Assembly: GCA_001874005.1 (NCBI GenBank)
Contig: MNYJ01000137.1
Coordinates: 8,535 to 72,534, forward strand
Origin: Desulfobacteraceae bacterium CG2_30_51_40
GTDB taxonomy: Bacteria > Desulfobacterota > DSM-4660 > Desulfatiglandales > Desulfatiglandaceae
Length of the DNA: 64,000 nt
Direction of reading: 5' to 3'
Positions 36,429 through 45,792 of the stretch are shown here, piece by piece. The translations under genes and the position numbers were made by a program. Numbering within the stretch: position 1 is the stretch's first letter; each line of letters begins with the position of its first letter. The notes under the pieces were generated by a model. It was not told where the DNA came from. It did no database searches and saw only the letters and a program-made list of their open reading frames with translations.

Positions 36429-36734
36429 TTACTGCATGAGGGTTAGATGGAATGCTAGCTTTATCTTGAGGCGGCCAGCCAGTCTGATGCCCTTTTGGTT
36501 AAGCAGTCTGGAGAACTAGTTTGCAGCGTTGCGGTGCTTCTGATTTTCAATCCTGTCCAGTATGATGACCAGCGTATCGCCAGTCAACCGGAGATATCCA
36601 GATTTTCTGGTAACCATGTTCAGAATTTGCTTGATGTCTCGATGGTCATCATAGCATCCTTTGAAAATATCCGCCAAACGTTCCCGTGAGTGGAAGGCCA
36701 GGCACTGCATCAAATCATAGAGCCAGGAAAACAT
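36429..36734 (-). pseudogene. Degraded transposase C-terminal fragment (family not assignable)
   Basis: The sequence ..RKSGYLRLTGDTLVIILDRIENQKHRNAAN*FSRLLNQKGIRLAGRLKIKLAFHL resembles the conserved C-terminal tail of some DDE transposases. It has an in-frame TAG at 36516-36518 and another TAG just upstream of the first Met. Confidence 0.3.
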
Positions 36735-37200
36735 GCTTGATAAGATGCCCCTTTGTGTTTCGCTCAGGCCCTACCAATAATCCATTTATTGTCAACTAGT
36801 TGGAGCCCATTCCCGCACTGCGCCCGGAAATGGAGAAAAAGTCACGCCAACATCTCCTATTGTTCAATTTTTATTGTTGCTGTTATTTAAGCAAGTTATA
36901 TATTATGAAACTACATTGTGCACAGTTTTATGTGAGTAGATGCGGACAATGATGTCAATATGTTATGAAAATGAATACCATTCACCGTGATCTCTGCTTG
37001 TTGGGGGCCGGCCGGGTAAAATCGGAGATCAGCGCGCTGGCGTTCTTCCTCCCATTGTCCATCTCGGTCAGCAGGGAGTTCTCGATCGGATCGGCCAGTA
37101 CGGCGTAAACAGCCCCCTCCGGGTCCGAAAGTTCCTGGAGCGATTTCATCTCCAGGGTCGGTACAGATTCGGGAAACCGCAGCGTCAGCGGATTTTCGCC

Positions 37201-37304
37201 GTACTAACCGCCATGCCCGGGCAGGGCACAACGAAAGATGAAAATCACCCCCACCCCTCCCTCCCCCGCCGAGTGGGAGGAGTAAAGCCAAGGGTCATTT
37301 TCAT
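37201..37304. repeat. Family C + family B repeat copy
   Basis: ctaaccgccatgcccgggcagggcacaacgaaag is followed by ATGAAAATCACCCCC...GGGTCATTTTCAT. ORF 36911..37291(-) is an artefact of it. Confidence 0.5.
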
Positions 37305-37450
37305 ATAAAGGCAGTCGTGCAGTCTTGTCAGCCATAATGGTTCCCTTTCATGAAATGTCCGCGTCAGGATATCTTAAAAAGCGCCAAGTCTAAAGAGGTG
37401 ATGGACGGAGCGGAAAACGCGCTCCTTTGAAGGAAATTGCTACGGAACCC

Positions 37451-38587
37451 TTATCCGTGAGATATGGACCTGACCACCATATCGGTGATGTCCACGACAT
37501 CGAGATCGAGCTTTTCCCGTCGTACCTTCCCCTTGATGGTCCGGACGCACTGCTGGCAGGCCGTAACCACAATATCGGCCCCTGTCTGCCGGACCTCCTC
37601 GATCTTGTTCTGAGCGATGCGGCCCGAGAGGGCCGCATCCGCCATCTCCAGGTTGCCGCCCCCGCCGCAGCAGATGCTCTGGTTCCGGTTGCTTGCCAGT
37701 TCCACAAAGGTGAGCCCGGGAATGGATCGGAGGATCTCCCTGGGCGCATCAAAAACCCCCGCGTTTCTTCCCAGATCGCAGGGATCGTGATAAGTCACCG
37801 TCTCCCGCAGTTCTCCCAGCGAAATGGGCCCCTCCTTTATCAGCCTTTCTATAACCTGCGTGGAATGGGAAAGCTTCAGGTCGGTCGGATAGTGCTCCTT
37901 CCAGGTCCGATAGCACGAGGGACAGGAAAACGCGACTTCCCTAGCGCCCAGGGCCTTGACCTTCTCCAGGTTATGGTCCATCAGTGCCTTCATCTCGCCG
38001 GGCGCCCCCGCGCCGATCAGCGGAAACCCGCAGCACCACTCCTCTCCTGCCAGGATGGCAAAGTCCACACTGGCTAGTTGGAGGATCCGGACCATGTTGC
38101 GGGGGATCGACTGGACCATGGGGAAAAAGGAGGCCACGCAGCCCACGAAATAGACCACATCCGCTCGTTCCTTTTCGTACATGTGCTCGGGCAGGTCCCG
38201 AATGTCGTCCCGCCAGTCTCCCCGTTCCGAGTTGTCCTCATCGGATATGTTATGGTTGACCAAGAGCGATGTTACCGCGGCCTCGACGTTCGGGTGGAGA
38301 CCCTGCTTCTTCACGATCTCCTCCCGCATCGCGAGGAATACCGTTTTCTGATCCACGCCGCTCGGGCAGGTCACGGTGCAGGCCCCGCAGAGGAGGCACT
38401 TAGCAAAGATATCCCGGTAATGCTCACTGATCTCCAGATCTCCAGCGGCATACCGCTTGGCGAGCTGGACCTTTCCCCTCGGCGTGTACTTCTCGAGGAA
38501 AAGGGTCTTCCCGACCGGACAGGTTGCCAGGCAAAGCCCACACTTGATGCATTGATCAAACTCGTTCGCTATTTCATTCAGTATCAT
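37451..38587 (-). CDS. (Fe-S)-binding protein, GlcF/LutA-like (2x[4Fe-4S] + CCG domains)
   Basis: 378 aa with CIKCGLCLATCP, CLLCGACTVTCP, EWCCGFP and ICCGGGGN motifs. Confidence 0.8.
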   Translation of the reverse strand: MILNEIANEFDQCIKCGLCLATCPVGKTLFLEKYTPRGKVQLAKRYAAGDLEISEHYRDIFAKCLLCGACTVTCPSGVDQKTVFLAMREEIVKKQGLHPNVEAAVTSLLVNHNISDEDNSERGDWRDDIRDLPEHMYEKERADVVYFVGCVASFFPMVQSIPRNMVRILQLASVDFAILAGEEWCCGFPLIGAGAPGEMKALMDHNLEKVKALGAREVAFSCPSCYRTWKEHYPTDLKLSHSTQVIERLIKEGPISLGELRETVTYHDPCDLGRNAGVFDAPREILRSIPGLTFVELASNRNQSICCGGGGNLEMADAALSGRIAQNKIEEVRQTGADIVVTACQQCVRTIKGKVRREKLDLDVVDITDMVVRSISHG

Positions 38588-38637
38588 GTCAGTCTCTCAC
38601 GTCAAAAATTTACAAATTTAGGAATTTAGGAATTCCC

Positions 38638-40011
38638 CTAAAGAAAGCTCCCGGGGTTCAGGATATTGTTAGGATCGAAGACCTTCTTGATCCCCCGCAT
38701 CAAGTCAATGGAGGTCTGGCTGAACTCCATGGACATGAACCGGTCCTTGGCAATGCCGATGCCGTGCTCTCCGGAGAGGGTTCCTCCCATGGCAATGGCC
38801 GCCTCGACCAGTTCGACCAGCGCCTTGTCGACGCGCTCCATCTCTTCTTTGTCGCGAAGATCGGTCATGAACAGGGGGTGAAGATTTCCGTCTCCCGCGT
38901 GGGCCAGGACACCGATCTGAATATGATACTTTTCTGCGATTTCGACGATCTTTCGGATCATGGCCGGAAGCATCTTGACCGGCACGGTGGCGTCCTCCAC
39001 AATGCAGTTGGGCCTCAGGCTGGCCACCGCGCCAAAGGCGGTCCTTCTCGCCTGCCACAGCCTGTCCGCCTCCTCGGGCGTGCTGGCCCGCTCCACCTGA
39101 AAGGCCCCCCTCTCCTTGCAAAAGGCCTCGATCCGCTTTCCCTGAGCCTCCACCAGAATATCTTCGCCGTCTACCTCTATCAGGAGAAGGGCCTGGGCCT
39201 TATCTGAAAATTGAGCATCCCCATAATTGCTGATCACATCCAGCACGGTCCGGTCGATCAACTCCAGGGTCGTGGGAACGATACCGGCCCCGATAATGGC
39301 AGACACCGTGGTCGCGGCGTCGTCCAGGTCGGCATAGATGGCCTGGAGCGTGGCCTTGGCAGGGGAGAGGGGAACCAGCCGAAGAATGATCTCGGTGAAG
39401 ATCCCCAGCGTCCCCTCCGAGCCGCACATGAGCCGTGTCAAATCGTATCCGCTTACATTTTTGAGGGTTTTGCCCCCGGTCCGAATGATCTCTCCGCTCG
39501 GGAGCACCACCTCGAGCCCCAGAAGATAGTCCCTCGTCACCCCGTACTTGACACCCCTCGGCCCCCCTGCATTTAGGGCTACATTGCCGCCGATAGTGGA
39601 AACGAACATGCTAGCGGGATCCGGCGGGTACATCAGGCCGTATGCGGCAACCGCCTTTTGAAGCTCTGCGTTCACCACGCCGGGTTGAACCACGGCGCAT
39701 CTGGATTCGGGATCTATCTCGATGATGCGGTTGAGCCGATGAAAGGCGAGGATAATCCCTCCCTTTCTGGCCACAGAACTCCCGCAGATATTGGTCCCTG
39801 CGGCCCTGGGAATGATATTGATCCTTTCCCGGTTAGCCACCTTCATCACGCTGGCGATCTCATCCCTGTCCCCGGGGACAATCACGGCGTCGGGCATGAA
39901 TTCCGGCAGGAATCCATCATATGAATAGGTGATCAAATCCTCGGGTGAATCGAGGAACCATTCATCCCCCACGATCCCCCGGATCTCATTTTTGATCGTA
40001 TCTGAAATCAT
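38638..40011 (-). CDS. FAD-linked oxidase (GlcD / D-lactate dehydrogenase family)
   Basis: 457 aa with the FAD_binding_4 region (IIPRAAGTNICGSSV) and the C-terminal FAD-oxidase_C signature GTLSGEHGIGIAK. Confidence 0.85.
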   Translation of the reverse strand: MISDTIKNEIRGIVGDEWFLDSPEDLITYSYDGFLPEFMPDAVIVPGDRDEIASVMKVANRERINIIPRAAGTNICGSSVARKGGIILAFHRLNRIIEIDPESRCAVVQPGVVNAELQKAVAAYGLMYPPDPASMFVSTIGGNVALNAGGPRGVKYGVTRDYLLGLEVVLPSGEIIRTGGKTLKNVSGYDLTRLMCGSEGTLGIFTEIILRLVPLSPAKATLQAIYADLDDAATTVSAIIGAGIVPTTLELIDRTVLDVISNYGDAQFSDKAQALLLIEVDGEDILVEAQGKRIEAFCKERGAFQVERASTPEEADRLWQARRTAFGAVASLRPNCIVEDATVPVKMLPAMIRKIVEIAEKYHIQIGVLAHAGDGNLHPLFMTDLRDKEEMERVDKALVELVEAAIAMGGTLSGEHGIGIAKDRFMSMEFSQTSIDLMRGIKKVFDPNNILNPGSFL

Positions 40012-40112
40012 AACCTGTCTCCTTCGAGTGGAATCTAAAACTGGATATTTGTAGACTTTGAAATAATGGAATAGCGGAGTGCCAGCTCTGTCGGAGAGTT
40101 AAGCTTCAATCA

Positions 40113-41390
40113 CTATTCTACCGGTCTGAGCGAGCCCTTGGCATCAAGAGAAAGGGGACCCAGTGTTTCCATCACCTTCAAATCGTCTCTCGCCTCGACC
40201 TCTTCCATGAGCGCCTTCGAGACCTCCAGTTCCCCTATTTCCAGTGTATTCTTGATGTGCACCACCCGTGCCTTTTCCGGATCTACAGCGCCGATGGTAT
40301 CGATGGCCGCCTGGACCGCCTCCCTGTCTGTTTCAAGGGCAATGGGGATCCTTGCCTTTTCAGGCGACATGGCCGTGATGCAGTTGATGGCCGTGGTCCG
40401 ATGATCGATCTTGTCCGCCAGCCTTCTCGTTGTGTAATCAGCCAGCCCGATCCCGACCGCATTGCCATGGGACTCCTCTGTCAGATCCAGGACCACAATC
40501 CGCGTGATCCTCGGATGTTCGGGCTCCTTCTCACCAATGAACATGATCTGCCCCACGACATTGGTGTCCATCCCCGTGCCGCTCACGTTCTTGCCCATTT
40601 TGTCCACGATAAGGACATCGAGAGGATCAAGAGGGAGCCTGGCCATAAGTCTCTTGGCATCGGAGAGGAGCTTTTTTTCATCTTCCAGAAACTGGTCGGG
40701 GCGCACTGCCCGGATCATGGCGGTTTCGTCGTAGATATTTTCAACGATTCCGATCCCGAAGAGGATGGGGAGTTTTTTCAGAATTACGCCGCCGATCTCC
40801 GGAATGACGTCTCGATAGCCGTACTGAACGGTCTGCTTATGGACCTCGAAACACCCGCGATGCTTTCCCATCCCGATGGCCATCATTTTCATGAGGCCGC
40901 TTTCCACAGGTCCTTCGAATTCCGTATGGGGCTTGATCCGGTTCACGACAATCACGCCGTCCGCCTCGGCAGCGAGTTTATCCACCATGATCGGGAATCC
41001 GAACCGCGATCGTGCAATTTCCACGACCTCCATGGAGGAGAGGATCGGCGCCCCGATTGTCCCCTCCGTTACACGGAGGCTTTCGAGCACCGCTGACTGG
41101 CCTTCCGCAGTCCCCCCGCCATGACTCCCCATGGTGGGAATCAAAAACGGCCGGGCCCCGCGCTCTTTCAGGGCCATGACGAGACGACCCAGTATCCGGT
41201 CGATATGGGCGATTCCCCGGCTTCCTGCAGTGATAGCGATCCGCGCCCCCTCCTTTATTCGGAAGTCCACCCCAATCAAGGCCAGTTCCCTGTCCAGGGC
41301 CGCCTCTACGTCCGCTTCCCTCGGGGCGTCAAATACCTGCCGTATTCGATACATGTTCGGGAAATTCATAGGCATCACACTCCTCGACAA
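40113..41390 (-). CDS. LarA-like / DUF2088 (lactate racemase domain) protein
   Basis: 425 aa. PTMGSHGGGTAEGQ and NRIKPHTEFEGPVESG occupy the positions of the LarA His-containing motifs (GFHRP, ESHFFAGFSGG). The sequence diverges from Lactobacillus LarA, and the assignment is from memory. Confidence 0.55.
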   Translation of the reverse strand: MSRSVMPMNFPNMYRIRQVFDAPREADVEAALDRELALIGVDFRIKEGARIAITAGSRGIAHIDRILGRLVMALKERGARPFLIPTMGSHGGGTAEGQSAVLESLRVTEGTIGAPILSSMEVVEIARSRFGFPIMVDKLAAEADGVIVVNRIKPHTEFEGPVESGLMKMMAIGMGKHRGCFEVHKQTVQYGYRDVIPEIGGVILKKLPILFGIGIVENIYDETAMIRAVRPDQFLEDEKKLLSDAKRLMARLPLDPLDVLIVDKMGKNVSGTGMDTNVVGQIMFIGEKEPEHPRITRIVVLDLTEESHGNAVGIGLADYTTRRLADKIDHRTTAINCITAMSPEKARIPIALETDREAVQAAIDTIGAVDPEKARVVHIKNTLEIGELEVSKALMEEVEARDDLKVMETLGPLSLDAKGSLRPVE

Positions 41391-41440
41391 AAACGCTCAC
41401 TCACACCATCCACTCCCCAGTTAAGCGCCTCCCTCCATGG

Positions 41441-42762
41441 CTATTTGATCATCAGCCCCGGCAGAAACGTGATGACCTGTGGAAAGAAAACACATACCAA
41501 AAGTCCAACCACCTGAAGGGCGACAAAAGGCACTACCCCTTTATAGATATCCGTTGTCTGGACCTCCGGAGGCGTGATTCCTTTGAGATAGAAGATCGAA
41601 TAGGCAAAGGGAGGCGTCAGAAAGGATATCTGAAAGTTGACCATCACCAGCACCGCAAACCATATGGGATCGAAGCCAAGGGCCTCGGCAATCGGCGTTA
41701 TCAAAGGAACCACGATAAAAACAATTCCGATCCAGTCAATGAACATCCCTATAATGATCAACAGGACCATGATGGCAGCGAGAATACCCCATTTTCCAAA
41801 AGGGAGGTTGAGGAACAGATTGCTGATCACCTCATCCCCGTTGAGCGACACAAACACGGTGGCAAAGAAAGATGCGGCCACCGCGATCATGAGGATCATG
41901 GCAGTGATCTGGAGCGTCTGCATACAGGCGTCCTTCAAGACCTGGTAGTTCAGGCGACCATAACTTGCCGCCAGCAGTATGCTGGCGAGTGCCCCGACCG
42001 CGGCGGCCTCGGTTACCGCTGCAATGCCGAAAAAGATGCTGCCCAATACCGCAAAAACAAGGATAGCCGGGGGCGCAATAGAGGTGACGAGCAGAAATAT
42101 CTTCCTCGCAAGTGGCACTCCCCTTTCTTCAGGGGGCATGGGCGGCCCGTCCTCGCGTCTGAAATAGCACCGAATCGCTATGTAGACAATATACATTAGC
42201 GCAAGAAGAAGACCGGGGAATACTGCACCCAAAAAGAGCTTTCCGACCGAGAGATTTGCAATGGGACCATAGACGACGATCATGACGCTCGGGGGAATGA
42301 GTATTCCAAGGGTCCTTCCGGCGCAGATCATGCCGCATGCCATGGATTTGTTGTAGTTTCTGCTGAGCATGGCCGAAAGGGCCATCAGACCGATGGTCAC
42401 CTCCGAGGCCCCGACCACCCCCCGGTCGCCGCGGCAAAAAGGACGCAAATGGCAATCGTGCTGATGCCCAGACTGCCCTTGAGACCCCCCAAAAGGAGAT
42501 AGAGGGAACTAAAGAGCTTCTCCGCCACGCCGGATTTCTCGATAAAAACGCCCATAAACAGGAACAGCGGGACGGCCAGGAGGGTATAGTTTTTCATGAC
42601 GCCTTCGAGCCGGACCACAAAAAAACCAAATACCTCGAAGCCGCTGAAAATGACGCCAAAAATCATCGCCAGTCCACCCAGGACAAAGGCGGTTGGATAC
42701 CCGAAGAAAACGCCGACAAAGAGTCCGAGAAGCATCAGCAAAACGATCAGCTCAGGACTCAT
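41441..42762 (-). pseudogene. dctM: TRAP large permease (DctM), locus 2, split by a frameshift in a G6 run
   Basis: ORFs 42397..42762 (N-terminus) and 41441..42448 (remainder) together equal a full DctM. The frames switch inside CCCCCC at 42418-42423 (GGGGGG on the coding strand). The paralogues read ..AATAGVVGATE.. where this gene reads ..AAATGG/VVGASE.. Confidence 0.8.
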
Positions 42763-43274
42763 GACGCACCTCCTTTACGCAGCGTGTTGATACAGCGAAT
42801 AAATTCGGCAATCCCCTGGAGCAGGAAGAGGGAAACCGCCACAGGCATGACGGTCTTGAAGGGGTAAATGACAGGCATCCAGTAGCCCTGTATGGACCTC
42901 TCTCCCGTTTCCCAGGCGAGATAGACATAAGGGATCAACGCATAAAAGAGCCCGCCCCAGAGAGGGAAGAAAAAGAGGGCGTAGAACATGATGTCCACCC
43001 ACGCCTTTTTACGGTCCGAAAAGCGTGAGTAGAAGATATCGATTCTGACATGCCCCTTTTTATAAAGGGTGTAGGCCTCTCCCAATATGAAGTAGGAACC
43101 CCCCAGCATGTAGCTCATATCAAAGGCCCATTTGGTGGGGGCGTTAAACAGATATCGCATCACAATTTCATAGCCCAGCATCAGCGTGAGAACAAGGACC
43201 AGCCAGGATACCGTCTTGCCCGTCCATTTGCTCATGCCATCGACAACCCGCAAAAATGTGTTCTCTTTTTCCAT
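42759..43274 (-). CDS. dctQ: TRAP small permease (DctQ), locus 2
   Basis: 171 aa with 4 TM helices and an ATGA overlap with dctM. Confidence 0.8.
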   Translation of the reverse strand: MEKENTFLRVVDGMSKWTGKTVSWLVLVLTLMLGYEIVMRYLFNAPTKWAFDMSYMLGGSYFILGEAYTLYKKGHVRIDIFYSRFSDRKKAWVDIMFYALFFFPLWGGLFYALIPYVYLAWETGERSIQGYWMPVIYPFKTVMPVAVSLFLLQGIAEFIRCINTLRKGGAS

Positions 43275-43423
43275 ACGTTATCCGCACACCGACGCCTCGA
43301 ATGCGCCTCCTTCGACGAATGACACACCGCCAGCTTTCGTAACACGTTAGTGCCTTATTGCCAGGTTTTCTGTCATGAAAAACAAGAAAATATGGCCATC
43401 CTTCAACTGAACGCTTGCCCTTC

Positions 43424-43503
43424 CGTCATTCCGGCACGATTCTGGCCGGAATGACGGAATACGCCGGACTGGATTCCGGCTAAGGGCATGTCGGAATGAC
43501 GGG
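43424..43503. repeat. Family A palindromic repeat in the dctP-dctQ intergenic region
   Basis: The sequence is cgtcattccggcacgattctggccggaatgacgg...ctggattccggc...tcggaatgacgg, which forms multiple hairpins. Confidence 0.6.
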
Positions 43504-43555
43504 ATAGCTCGCTGAGAGCTTGGTTGCGGTTATCCGCGTTAAATTTTTCTGGAAA

Positions 43556-44591
43556 TTACTCATATTGCGGCGTCATCATCTTCTTGTACGAGTTGTACCC
43601 CTTGCGGAAGTTCAGTTGAGACTTCCATACCTTTGCAAAAAATGGATCGGCTGCGGCCTTTTTTCCCATCAATGCAACCGATTTGGCGTGGAGGGCTTTT
43701 TGAATTCCCGGCTCCAGGTAGATGACATTGATCCCTTTTTCTTTAAAAAACTCTATAGCCGAAATGTCCTTGTTGATGCTATTGGTTAGCATCCTCATGG
43801 TGGTTACCTCGGCGGCGTTCTTTACAATATTCTTAAGATCGTCCGGGAGCTTATCCCAGGATTTCTTGTTGATGATGCAGTCCAAAGTCGTGCTGGGCTG
43901 ATGGATGCCGGGTACCAGCAGGTATTTGGTGGCTTCATGGAATGAAAGGGTCTTATCCATGCTGGGAATACTGAATTCAGCAGCATCCAAAACATTCCGC
44001 TGAAGGGCTTCGTAGATTTCCCCCGCGGGCAACATCATGACGGACGCCCCTGCTTCTGTGAGGATTTCCCCCCAATAGCCGGAGGTGCGGAATTTCAGGC
44101 CCTTAAAGTCCTCCATTGACTTGATCGGCTTATTGGACCATGCCAGATCTTTGGCTGGAAGGATGCCGCAAGGGGCCGCGAACCCAAACCCATACTTCGC
44201 ATACATCTCGTTGTACAACGTAAGCCCCTCTCCGTCATACATCCAGATCAAATAGGGGATGGCTTCCATACCGAATGGGATATAGCCGAAAAGGGCGCCC
44301 GCCGGTATCTTGCCAATATGGTAGGAAGGGGAAGAATGGCCGACGTCAATCGTTCCCATCTTTACAGCGTCAAAGACCTCAAGGGCCCCAATCAGCTTGC
44401 CTGCAGGAAAGCTCTTGATTTCCAACCTGCCGCTGCTCATATCATTGACCGTTTTGGCAAAAAAAATCGGCTGCCCACTGGACCTGTGTCCCGGATGGCC
44501 AGGCAGAGGCCATTTTCCATTGAATTGTCTTTCCAAAAGCGGCGGTCCCTGTTCCAACCACCAAAAAAAAGGCCACTAAACATCCCAACAT
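43556..44591 (-). pseudogene. dctP: TRAP substrate-binding protein (DctP), locus 2, frameshifted in an 8-nt A/T run
   Basis: From ATG 44591 the minus strand reads MLGCLVAFFLVVGTGTAAFGKTIQWKMASAWPSGTQVQWAADFF. The frame is then lost in TTTTTTTT (plus-strand A8 at 44459-44466). Seven T would continue ..AKTVNDMSSGRLEIK.., which is the frame of track ORF 43556..44557. Confidence 0.75.
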
Positions 44592-44760
44592 CTTAAATCT
44601 CTACATCTTATCCTCCTTCGATCCTTCAGGGTTTACATCCTCTTTACCAACAGCCAGGTCCTCTTAACACGATCACCGTCCTTTCCGCCAAGCTCATTCA
44701 TGCCTCGATTCCCACACCTTCGGGTCTGATATCACACAGCATTAGGGCATGCGGTCAACT

Positions 44761-44771
44761 TGGTCTGACCA
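44761..44771. promoter_or_regulatory. Candidate GntR/FadR-type operator TGGTcTGACCA in the divergent dctP/GntR region
   Basis: The palindromic arms TGGT/ACCA are separated by 3 nt. The same motif with one central-base change lies at 53322-53332, upstream of the second GntR gene. Confidence 0.45.
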
Positions 44772-44991
44772 CGCTATCAACAACAGATCCGGTTGTCAAG
44801 CGATTTTTGTCCATACGATTGATCATTATTTATGTTGTGTTATTTCAAATAGTTAAAGCACTTATATGCTGTCACATCCATAAAATGAATTGACACATCA
44901 AATATTTTCTGTCAGTCTTCATCCTTATTGGTCAGTCCAAACCGCACCAGGATACGAAGTGAAACAGTTACGCTCCAAAAGAGAAGTTAAA

Positions 44992-45726
44992 ATGGAAGAG
45001 ATATTCAGGCAGCTCAGACCCCACAAGATCCCAGCCGAGATTGTTCAGCAGGTCAAATCTCTGATCAAGGAGGGGAAACTTCAGCCCGGTCAGAAACTCC
45101 CGCCTGAACGCGCCTTATCCGATATGCTCGGGGTGGGCCGGTCGTCGCTTCGAGAGGCGGTCAACATTCTGGAAACCCTCGGTTTTGTTGAGACCAAAAC
45201 ACGAAAAGGCATTTTTGTTCGGTCTGTCAGCTCTGCCAGCATGCCCGATCCCATGCGCCAGATCCTCGAAGAAGACAATCGCACCCTTTACCAATTGTAC
45301 GAACTGAGAAAGGACATTGAACTGGCCTCTGTCTTCAGGGCTGCCAGACTCCGGACCCCTGCGGACATGGAGGAAATCCTAAAGTCGCTGGTTCGAATGG
45401 AGGGAGACGCCAAGGCCGCCCGTCTGGTCCTGAATGCCGACCAGGATTTCCATCTGGCCATTGCCAGGGCCACCCAGAATTTCTTCAGGGTCCATATCCT
45501 CAAGAATATATTTGACCTTGCCGAGGATCACATGGGCCTGATCGTAGAGAAGTTGATTGAAGAAAAGGCCGGCGTCTTCGCTGTCCTCGATCAACATGAG
45601 AGGATCTACAAAGCGGTACAGAATCAAGATCCGGAATCGGCCAGAATACTCATGGACGACCATCTGACATGGGTTGAAGAGAAGTGGCGGACATTTGGAT
45701 CCAAGGCGCCACCCCCTTCCGCATGA
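44992..45726 (+). CDS. GntR family transcriptional regulator (FadR subfamily, FCD domain)
   Basis: The start is at ATG 44992. The wHTH is LPPERALSDMLGVGRSSLREAVNILETLGFVE, and the C-terminus is an all-helical FCD-like domain. Confidence 0.85.
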   Translation: MEEIFRQLRPHKIPAEIVQQVKSLIKEGKLQPGQKLPPERALSDMLGVGRSSLREAVNILETLGFVETKTRKGIFVRSVSSASMPDPMRQILEEDNRTLYQLYELRKDIELASVFRAARLRTPADMEEILKSLVRMEGDAKAARLVLNADQDFHLAIARATQNFFRVHILKNIFDLAEDHMGLIVEKLIEEKAGVFAVLDQHERIYKAVQNQDPESARILMDDHLTWVEEKWRTFGSKAPPPSA

Positions 45727-45792
45727 GATCAGAAAGACAGACACCCGTCCGGACCTCTTTTTTATGCGGATAGGATCAGCTTTTGCATAATG

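Noticed and set aside
36981-37148. 55-codon minus-strand ORF (MKSLQELSDPEGAVY...)
   Set aside because: It looks protein-like, but the SD is misplaced (GGAG directly abuts the ATG), and the frame is open upstream only to the repeat insertion. It is probably the tail of a destroyed gene, so I report it within the scar-region finding rather than as a feature.
37427-38077. Long antisense ORFs inside GC-rich genes (37427..38077, 38078..38629, 40257..41096, 47215..48111, 60188..61114, 61492..62547)
   Set aside because: Each is fully contained within, and antisense to, a gene with strong family motifs. Their products are Arg/Pro/Gly/His-rich, as expected from stop-poor antisense frames of high-GC coding DNA.
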